Below are positions 48,693-58,916 of a DNA stretch of 64,000 nt, in pieces (positions within the stretch are counted from its first letter, which is position 1; each line of letters begins with the position of its first letter). The stretch is taken from the NCBI GenBank assembly GCA_032718475.1, contig JAUCBJ010001846.1:434001-498000 (forward strand). The letters run 5' to 3'. The notes beneath the pieces are model-generated. The model was not told the origin of the DNA, made no database searches, and worked only from the letters and a program-made list of their open reading frames with translations. The DNA is from Nemertoderma westbladi. Its lineage: Eukaryota > Animalia > Xenacoelomorpha. The position numbers and the translations under genes are program-made.

Positions 48693-49463
48693 GTGATACA
48701 TTATCCAGATTTAAAAAATTCTATTTTGAAAAACGCCAGCGATTTTAGCGGCCATCAGTTAGAATTCTTAAAAAGAATTTTTGATAAAGGCCTTACCCCC
48801 TATGATGAAAGAATCATGCAGTATGGCATTAAAGACAAACAGGTTTTAGATGCTGGGTGCGGGTTTGGTCAGTGGTCGCTAAGTTTATCTAATTTTAATA
48901 CACGGGTAACCTCTATTGAGCTGGATGCAAGGCGGGTACAATTTGTTAAAAATGTTATCCAAGATTTAGAAATTGATCACATTGAAATTAAACAATCAGA
49001 TGTTACGTGCACTCACCTTTTAAATGAATCTTTTGATTTTATTTTTGCTTATTCTGTATTACCTTTCGTAGACTGGAAAAAAGCATTAAAAGAATTTTAT
49101 CGGTTACTCAAACCAAATGGTGAACTTTACATCAATGCGAATGGTCGAGGTTGGTACTTAAAATTAATGATTGAAAACTACCATCGTTCAACTACCTATA
49201 ACCCTAGGGAATATGGTATTAGCGCGTTGATTAATACGTTTAAATATCAAAATCATCTTGGTTATTCATCAGGCGCTCCTTTAGTGATTGAAAAGGAAGA
49301 ATGTAAAAAAACGCTAATAACCAACGGTTTTAAACCTATTGAAGTCGCTGATGAAGGTTGCCTAAGAATTGCTTTAGAAGAAGCAAAACTCTTTTTTGAA
49401 GGTCAATATTATCAAGAAACAGGCGTTTATGAAGTAATGGCTAGAAAATATTATGGCACTTAA
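48693..49463 (+). CDS. Class I SAM-dependent methyltransferase (WbmT-like)
   Basis: VLDAGCGFGQW, ESFDFIF, LKPNGEL. Confidence 0.85.
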   Translation: MIHYPDLKNSILKNASDFSGHQLEFLKRIFDKGLTPYDERIMQYGIKDKQVLDAGCGFGQWSLSLSNFNTRVTSIELDARRVQFVKNVIQDLEIDHIEIKQSDVTCTHLLNESFDFIFAYSVLPFVDWKKALKEFYRLLKPNGELYINANGRGWYLKLMIENYHRSTTYNPREYGISALINTFKYQNHLGYSSGAPLVIEKEECKKTLITNGFKPIEVADEGCLRIALEEAKLFFEGQYYQETGVYEVMARKYYGT

Positions 49464-50640
49464 TTTAATCAAAAAAATAGCCCTTTTGGGGAATATGAAT
49501 AATAATTTTTTTGCCTTCCAGCGGCATTTAAAAGATTATGGTTTAGATGCAGATTTACTGCTATACAATAACGAAAATGAACACTTTCACCCTATCTGTG
49601 ACAGTTTTTCAACTCAACAGGCCTACACCATCAAGCGTTTGGATTGGGGATCGATTCGATCTTTTTTCCTTACCTCTAAAAGAAAAATCAAAAAAGACTT
49701 AGCTGCCTATGATTTTATTATTGGTTGCGGGACAGCCCCTGCATTTTTAGAAAAAATTGGGCGCAAACTAGATATATTTATACCTTATGGTGGGGATATA
49801 TGTGAGTATACATTTTATAAAAAGCCAACAGGTGTTTATAACATTTTATTTAATAGGCTTGTGTTTTTTCAACGAAAAGGAATTATACAGGCAAAATTGG
49901 CGTTTGATTTTTCAATGGGCACTGATATTTTCAATGACAGTTTTTTAAAATTAGGAAAAAAGTGTTTGTCAGGATATTTTCCATTCATTTATTATAACAA
50001 ATACCAAACAATTGAATCTAAAAGTGTTCCTGAAGAGCTGTATGAACAAATAGAATGCTTAAAACAGCAATATTCAAAAATAATTCTTTCTCATTCACGT
50101 CATATTTGGACAACATATGTCAGTAAATATTCCTTCAAGGGTAATGATATTTTAATTGAAGGGTTTGCAAATTATTTGAAAAACACACACGAAAACCCAC
50201 TACTAATTTTTACAAAATACGGCGTGGATGTTAAACATAGTATTGAGTTAATTAAAAAATTAGGGATTGAGAAAAACGTATTATGGCTAGAGATAATGCC
50301 CAGAAAACACATTATGTATATTATTCAACATTGTGATGTAGTAGCAGATCAATTTGCTGTAGGTTGGCTTGGTGGGACTAGTTGTGAAGCATTGACAATG
50401 TACAAACCCTTGCTTTGTTTTCTTAAAAAAAAAGATGAACAGGTTTATCCCCCCATTTTAAACGCCAAAACAGCAGCGGATATCACAAAACAATTACTGC
50501 ACATTGAAGACCCACAAGTTTATCAACAAATGACAAGTAAAATTAAAGATTGGTTTGAGAAAAACATGGGTGATGTGTTGGTTAAGAAATGGATTAAACT
50601 TATTGAAAAGGTGAAAAGTGATTCAATAGCATCTACCTGA
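49453..50640 (+). CDS. Putative GT-B glycosyltransferase
   Basis: KGNDILI, DVVADQF..GWLGGTSCEAL...KP resembles the GT-B donor-binding C-terminal domain. Confidence 0.65.
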   Translation: MALNLIKKIALLGNMNNNFFAFQRHLKDYGLDADLLLYNNENEHFHPICDSFSTQQAYTIKRLDWGSIRSFFLTSKRKIKKDLAAYDFIIGCGTAPAFLEKIGRKLDIFIPYGGDICEYTFYKKPTGVYNILFNRLVFFQRKGIIQAKLAFDFSMGTDIFNDSFLKLGKKCLSGYFPFIYYNKYQTIESKSVPEELYEQIECLKQQYSKIILSHSRHIWTTYVSKYSFKGNDILIEGFANYLKNTHENPLLIFTKYGVDVKHSIELIKKLGIEKNVLWLEIMPRKHIMYIIQHCDVVADQFAVGWLGGTSCEALTMYKPLLCFLKKKDEQVYPPILNAKTAADITKQLLHIEDPQVYQQMTSKIKDWFEKNMGDVLVKKWIKLIEKVKSDSIAST

Positions 50641-50725
50641 TTTAGCATCATTTTTAAAACTAAACTAAACATTGCCTAACAAACTGTTAAAATTAGTTGG
50701 TTTCTAAAATTAACAAGTCACACAA

Positions 50726-52447
50726 TTGAAAAAAAAACTCAACCTGCTATTTGGCAAGCGCGATAAAAAGTTTGCCTATTTACTCATTATTTTGGCAACC
50801 CTTGTCGCTTTTGCAGAAACACTGAGCATCACCGCTGTTATGCCCTTTGTGGCCATGGTGTCAGATACCGCCATTATTGATCAAAATACTTATCTAAACG
50901 CTGTTTACAACGACTTAGGGTTTAAAGATAAGGTCAATTTTATTGTTGTTAGCGGTGTGTTGCTAGTGGTGTTTTTTTTATTCAAAGGGTTAATGAATGT
51001 TAGCTTCTTTCACTTACTGGCACGATTTGCCAAAGGTCGGGCACACAAACTAGCGTGTCGTTTATTTGCCCATTACCTTCACATGCCGTATCGAACCTTT
51101 GTCGAACAAAACAGTAGCCAAATGGCCAAAAACATCACCCATGAAACTGAATACCTCGGTTTTATATTCTCAACGGGTCTTTTAATGTTTAGTGAAATTT
51201 TAGTCATGTTAGGTATTGGTGTGCTGATGGTTTGGGTAGATTGGCAACTCACACTCATGATTGCAACTTTTATCACCTTAACGGGGGGATTGCTGCTGCC
51301 GAAGGTTTCAAAAAAAATTAAACAACAAGGGGAGTTGAAAGAACAATTTCAACGCACTTTTTGTGAAATTATTAACAGCACCCTAGCCAACTTTAAAACC
51401 ATTAAATTACACCTTAATCAAAAAGATAACGCCCAGCGGTTTAACCAAGCCAGTGAAGGGTTTGCAAGCGCTTACATCGCCTATGAAACCTTCTCACATA
51501 TCCCACGGCTTTTTTTAGAAATAGCCGCCTTTGGTTTAATTGTGCTGATGAGCTTGTATTTTTTGTATGCTGTTGAAAATGATCTTGCCTCATTTGTGGG
51601 CACATTATCGCTTTTTGCCATGGGGCTTTATCGGCTAATGCCCTGTGCAAATCGAATAATAGCGGGCTATAACCAAATTCAGTATTATCACAAATCCGTT
51701 GATTTGGTTAGTGAATCGCTATTAGGCCCTGTAGAAAAACTCGGTCATCAGCCAATCGACTTTAAACAAACCCTTGCGTTAAAAAATGTTAGTTTTGCCT
51801 ACACCGCTGGTCACCCCATTTTAAAAAATATTACTCTCACCATTGCTAAAGGAGAAAAAATAGCCTTTATAGGTGAAAGTGGTGGGGGTAAGACCACGCT
51901 GGTTGATTTAATCATTGGTTTGCATCGAATAGATTCAGGTGAGTTTTTAATTGATGATCAACCCATTGATAATTCAACCCTAAAAGCATGGCGTCAAAAA
52001 ATTGGCTACATTGCCCAAGACGTTTACTTATTTGATGGGACAGTGGCTGAAAATGTGGCGCTCAATAAACACTACGAGCAGCAGCAGGTCAAAACTGTTC
52101 TTGCCCAAGCCAAGATGTTAGATTTTTTAGTGAATCATCAAAACGGCCTACAAACTTTTGTGGGTGAGGGCGGGGTCAAATTAAGTGGCGGTCAAAAACA
52201 GCGCATTGCCATTGCCCGCGCCCTTTATAATAACCCTGAGGTGTTGGTGTTAGATGAGGCAACCTCAGCCCTTGATCAAGCCATTGAAAACCAAATCATG
52301 CAGGCCATTTATGAGATAAGTGCAAATAAAACCCTGATCATCATTGCGCATAGGCTTAGTACGATTAGCCAATGTGATAAGGTGTTTCGGGTTAAAGATC
52401 GAACCGTTTATTTGGAAAAAGCGTCCGCCAGCAGTTATCAAACTTGA
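50726..52447 (+). CDS. MsbA/PglK-like ABC exporter (lipid-linked glycan flippase candidate)
   Basis: N-terminal TM domain, GESGGGKTT, LSGGQKQR, LDEATSALD, IAHRL; last gene of the glycan cluster. Confidence 0.88.
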   Translation: MKKKLNLLFGKRDKKFAYLLIILATLVAFAETLSITAVMPFVAMVSDTAIIDQNTYLNAVYNDLGFKDKVNFIVVSGVLLVVFFLFKGLMNVSFFHLLARFAKGRAHKLACRLFAHYLHMPYRTFVEQNSSQMAKNITHETEYLGFIFSTGLLMFSEILVMLGIGVLMVWVDWQLTLMIATFITLTGGLLLPKVSKKIKQQGELKEQFQRTFCEIINSTLANFKTIKLHLNQKDNAQRFNQASEGFASAYIAYETFSHIPRLFLEIAAFGLIVLMSLYFLYAVENDLASFVGTLSLFAMGLYRLMPCANRIIAGYNQIQYYHKSVDLVSESLLGPVEKLGHQPIDFKQTLALKNVSFAYTAGHPILKNITLTIAKGEKIAFIGESGGGKTTLVDLIIGLHRIDSGEFLIDDQPIDNSTLKAWRQKIGYIAQDVYLFDGTVAENVALNKHYEQQQVKTVLAQAKMLDFLVNHQNGLQTFVGEGGVKLSGGQKQRIAIARALYNNPEVLVLDEATSALDQAIENQIMQAIYEISANKTLIIIAHRLSTISQCDKVFRVKDRTVYLEKASASSYQT

Positions 52448-53119
52448 TGTCGTGTTGAATGAATCTTAGTCGTTAATATTTAATAATCAAATCACCCGAA
52501 GGGTATAAATGGTTGGCAGCTTTTCTAAAGACTGAAAAAGTTGGTTGTATTCGTAGACAACAAAACGCAGCACAGCCAGAAATGTAAACTATCAATAATA
52601 TACATAATAGGTACAATCCTCTAATCACGCCTGCGATTACCATCACGAATATATTGAACGCCCCCTTAATTTTTCTTAATAATTTTTGGTTGAATCACCA
52701 CTCCTCCCTAAAAAAATTATGCATATTCTCACGCAACCAACCAAGCAATACGTTGGAATAATACTAATTTTGATAAATAAATGTTTTAATTATTCAGAAA
52801 ACTTACCACAAACCTTTATATTTACTGGAAAATCGAAGGTTATAATTAGAACACTTATTTGCAAAAATTAGTATAATTACTTGGCCCATCGGCTCCGCGA
52901 ATAACAGGAATTTTGTGACCAGAGTCTAAAAATTCAAGAAAATTGAGTAAGTTTTCAATGCCTAGGGTGATGTAAAATCTCCCCATTGACAATAGTCCTT
53001 TCAAGGTGAACATACAGGTGTTTAACTCAATAGATGATTGAGAGCCCCATCATCCAGCCCATGTCGTTGCTGATAATAATGCGTTTTGTGCGCCTAACAA
53101 CAACATGATATCTCCATTT

Positions 53120-53392
53120 TTATACTTTGGGATGAAAACCTTCGGGGGCTTGCCCAAGATCACCTTCTTTAAACAAAAAGCCCAGCAAATGCTGTTCAAT
53201 CAATTGAAGGTGTGCAGGGTCGGCTGTATTTAAGCCATTCTCGTTAATAATAGCAGCTAAATGTTTAAGCCACATGACCCACGCTTCTTGCGAAATATTT
53301 TCATAAATTCGCTTGCCTAAATCCCCTGGGTAAGGAAGAGCACTTAAGCCTTCAGCTTTTTTGTTTAAAAATTGACAATGTATTTTGTTCAT
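53120..53392 (-). CDS. yggX: Fe(II)-trafficking / oxidative damage protection protein YggX
   Basis: C..L...AEGL...PYPGDLGKRIYENISQEAW..W......INE..L. Confidence 0.92.
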   Translation of the reverse strand: MNKIHCQFLNKKAEGLSALPYPGDLGKRIYENISQEAWVMWLKHLAAIINENGLNTADPAHLQLIEQHLLGFLFKEGDLGQAPEGFHPKV

Positions 53393-54009
53393 TCAAATAA
53401 CCATGGGGTTTGTTTTTTTTGGCGTGCTTCATAAGCCTTAATTTGGTGTTTTTTTTGAAAAGTGAGGTCAATGTCGTCCCAGCCGTGAAGTAGTTTTTGC
53501 TGATGTAGATCGTCAATTTTAAATTCAATCACCTCAGTGCTGGGTAAGGTAATTATTTTTTTTGATAAATCAATGCGCAGTGTCAGCGGTTTTTGGGTAG
53601 CACTCAATTCAAACAGGTTTTGAATAGTGGATGAAGGTAACACAATGGGCAAAATACCGTTGTTAATGGCATTGTTAAAAAATATATCGGCAAAGCTTGT
53701 GGCAATGATGGTGCGAATACCATATTGTTCAATTGCCCAAGCAGCGTGTTCTCTGCTTGAGCCGCAACCAAAGTTTTTGCGACTAAGTAAAATTTGTGCG
53801 CCTTGGTAAATGGGTTGGTTTAAAACAAAATCAGGGTTGGGAACTCGTTTTCCTAGTTTTTCAACATAACGCCATTGCTCAAATAAATGCTCACCAAAGC
53901 CTGTTTTTTCAATTGATGTTAGATATTGCTTGGGGATGATAGCATCGGTGTCAATGTTAGCCTGATCCATCGGTACAACCACTGCTGTTAATAGGGTAAA
54001 TGGATTCAT
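53389..54009 (-). CDS. leuD: 3-isopropylmalate dehydratase small subunit
   Basis: [33 protein letters not shown]. Confidence 0.97.
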   Translation of the reverse strand: MNPFTLLTAVVVPMDQANIDTDAIIPKQYLTSIEKTGFGEHLFEQWRYVEKLGKRVPNPDFVLNQPIYQGAQILLSRKNFGCGSSREHAAWAIEQYGIRTIIATSFADIFFNNAINNGILPIVLPSSTIQNLFELSATQKPLTLRIDLSKKIITLPSTEVIEFKIDDLHQQKLLHGWDDIDLTFQKKHQIKAYEARQKKQTPWLFE

Positions 54010-55409
54010 CCAAGTAACTCCGATGGGTGAATAAATCGTCCCTTAATCGCTGCACAAGCGGCCATCACAGGGCTAACCAAATGCGTGCGCCCGCCTTTGC
54101 CTTGACGGCCTTCAAAATTGCGATTAGAGGTTGAAGCGCAGCGCTCCTTAGGGGCTAGGCGGTCTGGGTTCATTGCCAAACACATTGAGCAACCCGGATG
54201 TCGCCAATCAAAACCGGCGGCTTTAAAAATTTGATCTAAGCCTTCTTTCTCAGCTTGTTGTCTCACAAGGCCAGAGCCGGGTACGATCAGTGCTTGTTGA
54301 ATGTGCGGGTCAATTTTTCTCCCCTCGACAGCCTTTGCAGCTAGGCGTAAGTCTTCAATTCTTGAGTTGGTGCACGAACCGATAAAAACGCTGTCGATTA
54401 CAATATCTTCTATACGTTGTTTGGGGTAAAGCCCCATGTAATCGAGCGCTCGCTTATAATCTTTGGCTTGGGTTTTGTTACGACTTTCTTTGGGGTCAGG
54501 AACAACTTGGTCAATGCCTGCAACCATTTCAGGCGAGGTGCCCCAGCTCACTTGGGGAGTCATTTGGCTTACATCAATTTGAATTGTTTGATCAAAGGTC
54601 GCATCGGTGTCGCTTTGTAGGGTTTGCCAGTATTTAGTGGTTTTTTCCCAGTAAGTCATTGGGGTATGGGGTTTGTTGTACAGGTAGTGCTGGGTTTTTT
54701 CATCATAGCCAATTAGCCCTGCGCCTGCGCCTGCTTCAATGCTCATGTTACATATTGTCATTCGGCCTTCCACAGAAAGGGCATCGATGGCCTCGCCCCG
54801 GTATTCAAGCGTGAAGCCGCTACCCCCTGCACTACCGATTTGTCTGATCATAAAAAGGGCATAATCTTTGGCACTGACAAAGGGTTTAGGCTGGCCAAAA
54901 AATTCAATGGCCATGGTTTTGGTTTTTTTGGTTTGTAGACATTGGGTGGCTAGCACATGTTCAACTTGTGAGGTGCCAATGCCGAAAGCAAGGGCCGCAA
55001 ATGCCCCATGGGTGGAGGTGTGGGAATCACCACATACAACGCTCATACCGGGTAAAATTAAGCCTTGTTCTGGCCCCATCACATGCACAATACCTTGTCT
55101 GAGGTCGTACATCGGGATATTTTCAATATTGAAGGTTTGACAGTTTTGAGCGAGCGTTTCGACTTGTTTTTTTGAAAGGGGGTCTTGAATGCCTTGCTCA
55201 ATGTTGGTGGTGGGGATGTTATGGTCGGGTACGGCAAAGTTGGTATGAGTTCGCCAAGGCTTAATGCCACGTGTTTTAAGGCCAAAAAAGGCTTGGGGGG
55301 AGGTCACCTCATGGATGAGGTGCCGATCAATGTAGAGTAAGGCATTGCCCAGCGGGTCTTGCTCCACAACATGAGCATCCCAAATTTTTTCGTACAGTGT
55401 TTTTGGCAT
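54006..55409 (-). CDS. leuC: 3-isopropylmalate dehydratase large subunit
   Basis: [52 protein letters not shown]. Confidence 0.98.
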   Translation of the reverse strand: MPKTLYEKIWDAHVVEQDPLGNALLYIDRHLIHEVTSPQAFFGLKTRGIKPWRTHTNFAVPDHNIPTTNIEQGIQDPLSKKQVETLAQNCQTFNIENIPMYDLRQGIVHVMGPEQGLILPGMSVVCGDSHTSTHGAFAALAFGIGTSQVEHVLATQCLQTKKTKTMAIEFFGQPKPFVSAKDYALFMIRQIGSAGGSGFTLEYRGEAIDALSVEGRMTICNMSIEAGAGAGLIGYDEKTQHYLYNKPHTPMTYWEKTTKYWQTLQSDTDATFDQTIQIDVSQMTPQVSWGTSPEMVAGIDQVVPDPKESRNKTQAKDYKRALDYMGLYPKQRIEDIVIDSVFIGSCTNSRIEDLRLAAKAVEGRKIDPHIQQALIVPGSGLVRQQAEKEGLDQIFKAAGFDWRHPGCSMCLAMNPDRLAPKERCASTSNRNFEGRQGKGGRTHLVSPVMAACAAIKGRFIHPSELLG

Positions 55410-55499
55410 GTGATTGATTGGTTTGTTTAGGTTTTTATTCTAGCACGATGCACGCTTGTATTTGTGGGGTAGGAAACGGATGATAGTTGTTGTTTGGTT

Positions 55500-56441
55500 T
55501 TATTTGGGTTCAAGAATAGGGGGCATCCAGCGGTATATTTTCCAATGTTGGGTACGGCCAAAAATTTTAAAGCGCGCGTGGTGCCAGTAGGTGCCTAAAA
55601 AAATAATCAAAGCACCAAGGCCAATTAATATCCACAGGTAGTTTTCATAGGGTAGTAGTTGGGTCAGGGCATAGGTCGTATAACCCATACTCGCTAGCAT
55701 GATGGATCGCCGATCAATATATAGGGCAATCAGTGTTAGTGAAATAAAAAGTAAGCACAGTAGCCAGTTTTTAAAGGTTGAATCAAGCATCAAAATTGTA
55801 AATGCTATGCCATGCGTTATCATTTGTGAAGCCACCATGTGCAGCCAAAATGCAGTATCACTACGGTAGGTTTGGCGTTTGATATCTTGGCTGTCCAATC
55901 GCATGGCGATTGCAAAGGTGGCGAGCCCCCCTAGTGCAACCATCTGCAAAAAATGGTGCTCTGTTTTTATATCAAGTAATGTGGTGATCAGTGTGATAAC
56001 AGATAGCGTGATCCCAACGGCAGCGACAGCAGCTGATAGTGGAATTTTGTAACGTAGGTAAAATGCAATTGATAAGCCAGCCAGTGATAAAGCCATGGTC
56101 ATGCTTGTTGTGATGGGTGCAAGTAATGTGTAGGCAAAATACAGCAAACTAAAAAACAATACGATACCCGTCATATTGAAACGATGGCGCTTGACGAGCC
56201 ATTCAGCCGCTAGTGGGTAGGCGATGATCAGCATGAAGTTTGCATAAAAGCTGGTGTGAAACTGCGCAGTAGATAGGGTAACCAATCCAATGCCTAGCGC
56301 AACAAACACATCACCAAAATTGTTAAGCAATCGAAGGGGCTCTTGTTTGGTGGGGTGTCCACCCATTAAAGTTAGTTGGTCGGCTTGCTGCTGATCAATA
56401 GTGCCTTGTTTGACGGCTTGGTCTAGTAAAGTTTTGTTCAT
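55500..56441 (-). CDS. Conserved-looking polytopic membrane protein of unknown function
   Basis: 313 aa with about ten hydrophobic segments; N-terminal G.I...QA..L and LRLLNNFGDVF motif. Confidence 0.75.
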   Translation of the reverse strand: MNKTLLDQAVKQGTIDQQQADQLTLMGGHPTKQEPLRLLNNFGDVFVALGIGLVTLSTAQFHTSFYANFMLIIAYPLAAEWLVKRHRFNMTGIVLFFSLLYFAYTLLAPITTSMTMALSLAGLSIAFYLRYKIPLSAAVAAVGITLSVITLITTLLDIKTEHHFLQMVALGGLATFAIAMRLDSQDIKRQTYRSDTAFWLHMVASQMITHGIAFTILMLDSTFKNWLLCLLFISLTLIALYIDRRSIMLASMGYTTYALTQLLPYENYLWILIGLGALIIFLGTYWHHARFKIFGRTQHWKIYRWMPPILEPK

Positions 56442-56542
56442 TATTTTTTAGTGGTTTGTTGTGTTGCTTTGTTTAGCATTTTGATAATAGCTTGTTTTTG
56501 TTTAAAATTTTACAAAACTCAGTTTTTAAAGGGTATCAAACA

Positions 56543-57499
56543 ATGTTACTAGAAAAATTCAACGACCTATCCAGCCATTTGGAAAAATATGTCATTGGTC
56601 AAGACTATTTAATTAAACGCTTGTTAATTGCCTTGTTGGCTGACGGCCATTTGCTGGTAGAAGGGGCACCGGGGCTTGCCAAAACTAAAGTGATCAAGGC
56701 CTTGGCAACGGGGATTGAATGTGATTTTCAGCGCATTCAGTTCACGCCAGACTTATTACCGTCTGATTTAACAGGTACTGAAGTTTATCAGCAAAAAACT
56801 GGTCAATTTGAGCTACACAAAGGGCCGCTTTTTCATAATTTTATTTTGGCTGATGAAATCAACCGAGCACCGGCTAAGGTGCAATCTGCCCTTTTAGAAG
56901 CGATGGCTGAGCGCCAAATTACCGTGGGGCAAAAAACTATTTCACTAAATCGTATGTTTTTGGTCATGGCCACCCAAAACCCCATTGAACAAGAAGGTAC
57001 CTATCCCTTGCCTGAAGCTCAGCTTGACCGCTTTTTAATGAAAGTACGTGTCGACTATCCCAGCATTGAAACAGAGCGAAAAATTTTGGCGCACAATGAA
57101 ACACATGGGGATATTATAAACCCGGTGGCAAGTCGCTTGACCCAGCAAGAAGTTATTCAAGCCAGAAAAGCAGCCATGGCCGTGCATTTATCCGACAGCG
57201 TGAAAGAATATATTGTTCAACTGACCATGGCCACGCGCAGCCCACAAACTTACCTAGAAGGAGAGGTGGTTCGTTGGATTGAATATGGGGTGTCCCCGCG
57301 GGGCAGTATTGCCCTTCAACAGTGCTCAAAAGCACATGCTTGGGTAAATGGGCGAGATTTTGCCTCCCCTGAGGATGTACAAAGTGTTTTGTCCAATATT
57401 TTTGGTCACCGACTGTTTTTAAGTTATGAGGCGGAAGCTCAAAATATTGGTCCCAATCAGGTGATCGAACAACTCATCAACCAAATACCCCCTGTTTAG
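56543..57499 (+). CDS. MoxR-family AAA+ ATPase
   Basis: GAPGLAKT, RIQFTPDLLPSD, LADEINRAPAKVQSALLEAM, TQNPIEQEGTYPLPEAQLDRF; start ATG 56543. Confidence 0.95.
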   Translation: MLLEKFNDLSSHLEKYVIGQDYLIKRLLIALLADGHLLVEGAPGLAKTKVIKALATGIECDFQRIQFTPDLLPSDLTGTEVYQQKTGQFELHKGPLFHNFILADEINRAPAKVQSALLEAMAERQITVGQKTISLNRMFLVMATQNPIEQEGTYPLPEAQLDRFLMKVRVDYPSIETERKILAHNETHGDIINPVASRLTQQEVIQARKAAMAVHLSDSVKEYIVQLTMATRSPQTYLEGEVVRWIEYGVSPRGSIALQQCSKAHAWVNGRDFASPEDVQSVLSNIFGHRLFLSYEAEAQNIGPNQVIEQLINQIPPV

Positions 57500-57502
57500 T
57501 TT

Positions 57503-58417
57503 GTGCAGGTGAGCGACAATAAGGTGTATACACGTTTGAAGGATTTGGTAGGCTTGCAGTTTGCTAAAAAGCATGCGCGTCTGTCACCTAATGTGGTGTC
57601 GAAAAGTGATCGCATTGGTCAGCATTGCTCTTTGTTTCGTGGTCAGGGGGTGGATTTTTTAGAAAGCAGAATTTATGAATCAGGTGATGATGTGCGTCGC
57701 ATTGACTGGGGGGTTACAGCCCGTACCGGCAAACTGCATACTAAAATTTTCACCCAAGATCATGAAGTACCTTTTTGTGTTGTGTTGGATCAGTCGATGT
57801 CCATGTATTTTGGTAGTCGGTTTTGTTTTAAATCCGTTCAAGCCGCCCGTTTAGCAGCCATGATTAGTTGGCGTTGTGTGGGCATGGGGAATCGTTTGGG
57901 TGGTGTGGTGTTTGGTCAAAAGGGGTGTCGTTTTTTTAAGCCCAGTTTGCGGCGCGTAAAATTACTTCAGTGGCTGTCGGCTATTGATCACTTTAACCAT
58001 CAATTATCAATCGATTGTTTGGCTGAGCACCCATCAAGCCAACTTCTTGTTAAACAAGCCTTAGAGGAGGCTTTGCAGTTAACGCGTGTGGGTCATTATC
58101 AAATTTATTTTATTTCAGATGGTTTTGGTTTTACCCCAACCTTATTTGATGTATTGGCGCAGTTATCTGCCCGCCATCATGTTAGTGTGCTGCGGGTTTA
58201 TGACCCCCTTGAGGCAGGACAAGCTCAATCCCACACAGGGAGGGTGGTTGCAACCGATGGGCAAACCGATACCCTTTTAAATTTTAATGTGAGTTATTTA
58301 TCCACTATTCAAGCGCAGTTTAAGGCCAATGAAGATCGTTTGGTTAAACAATTTAATCAATCGCGTATTCATTATCAGTTAATTGGAACTGATCAAGCCA
58401 TTGAAACGTTGTTTTAG
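57503..58417 (+). CDS. DUF58 domain protein
   Basis: RGQGVDF...R.Y..GDDVRRIDW.VTAR, DQSMSMYFG. Confidence 0.92.
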   Translation: MQVSDNKVYTRLKDLVGLQFAKKHARLSPNVVSKSDRIGQHCSLFRGQGVDFLESRIYESGDDVRRIDWGVTARTGKLHTKIFTQDHEVPFCVVLDQSMSMYFGSRFCFKSVQAARLAAMISWRCVGMGNRLGGVVFGQKGCRFFKPSLRRVKLLQWLSAIDHFNHQLSIDCLAEHPSSQLLVKQALEEALQLTRVGHYQIYFISDGFGFTPTLFDVLAQLSARHHVSVLRVYDPLEAGQAQSHTGRVVATDGQTDTLLNFNVSYLSTIQAQFKANEDRLVKQFNQSRIHYQLIGTDQAIETLF

Positions 58418-58418
58418 G

Positions 58419-58916
58419 ATGAGCATGGCACTAAGTCCCACCTATCAAGTTGTTTTGAAATCTTTAAAAGATATCCACGAATCTACTCCGATTGAGCCTT
58501 TTAATGCTGTGCTTTTTTGGGGGAGTGTGGGCGCATTTTTTTTCATCGCAGCACTTATGTGTATGGGGGGGCTGTGGTACTGGAGGCGGCGTTATCGTTA
58601 TTTGGTGAAATTACAAAAAATTAATCATACATTGAAAACAAACAAGGATATTGCCCATTGTTTGTGGGCAACCAATCGGCTTCTTAAAAGGGTTGTGATT
58701 CATCATGTGGATGTGGGTGCAACCCATTTGTTTGGGAAGAAGTGGATCAATTTTTTAAACCAGCAAGTGCCCAAGCCTTTATTTGGCAAAGCGCATGCCA
58801 ATTTTTTGTATAACCCACACTTGCACACTTTTAATGATCAAAACAACCACCAAGCCCATGTATTTTTAAAGGCAGCTAAAGATTGGTTAAAAATGTATCG
58901 ATTAAAACGCAGATGA
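58419..58916 (+). CDS. DUF4381-like membrane-anchored protein
   Basis: LKDIH..P, one TM, N.LLKRV, L.G..W..FL; position in the MoxR operon. Confidence 0.75.
   Translation: MSMALSPTYQVVLKSLKDIHESTPIEPFNAVLFWGSVGAFFFIAALMCMGGLWYWRRRYRYLVKLQKINHTLKTNKDIAHCLWATNRLLKRVVIHHVDVGATHLFGKKWINFLNQQVPKPLFGKAHANFLYNPHLHTFNDQNNHQAHVFLKAAKDWLKMYRLKRR

Noticed and set aside
53001-53010. Minus-strand TTCACCTTGA matching a 6S RNA segment
   Set aside because: Only a 10-nt match, with no long closing stem or central bubble visible around it.
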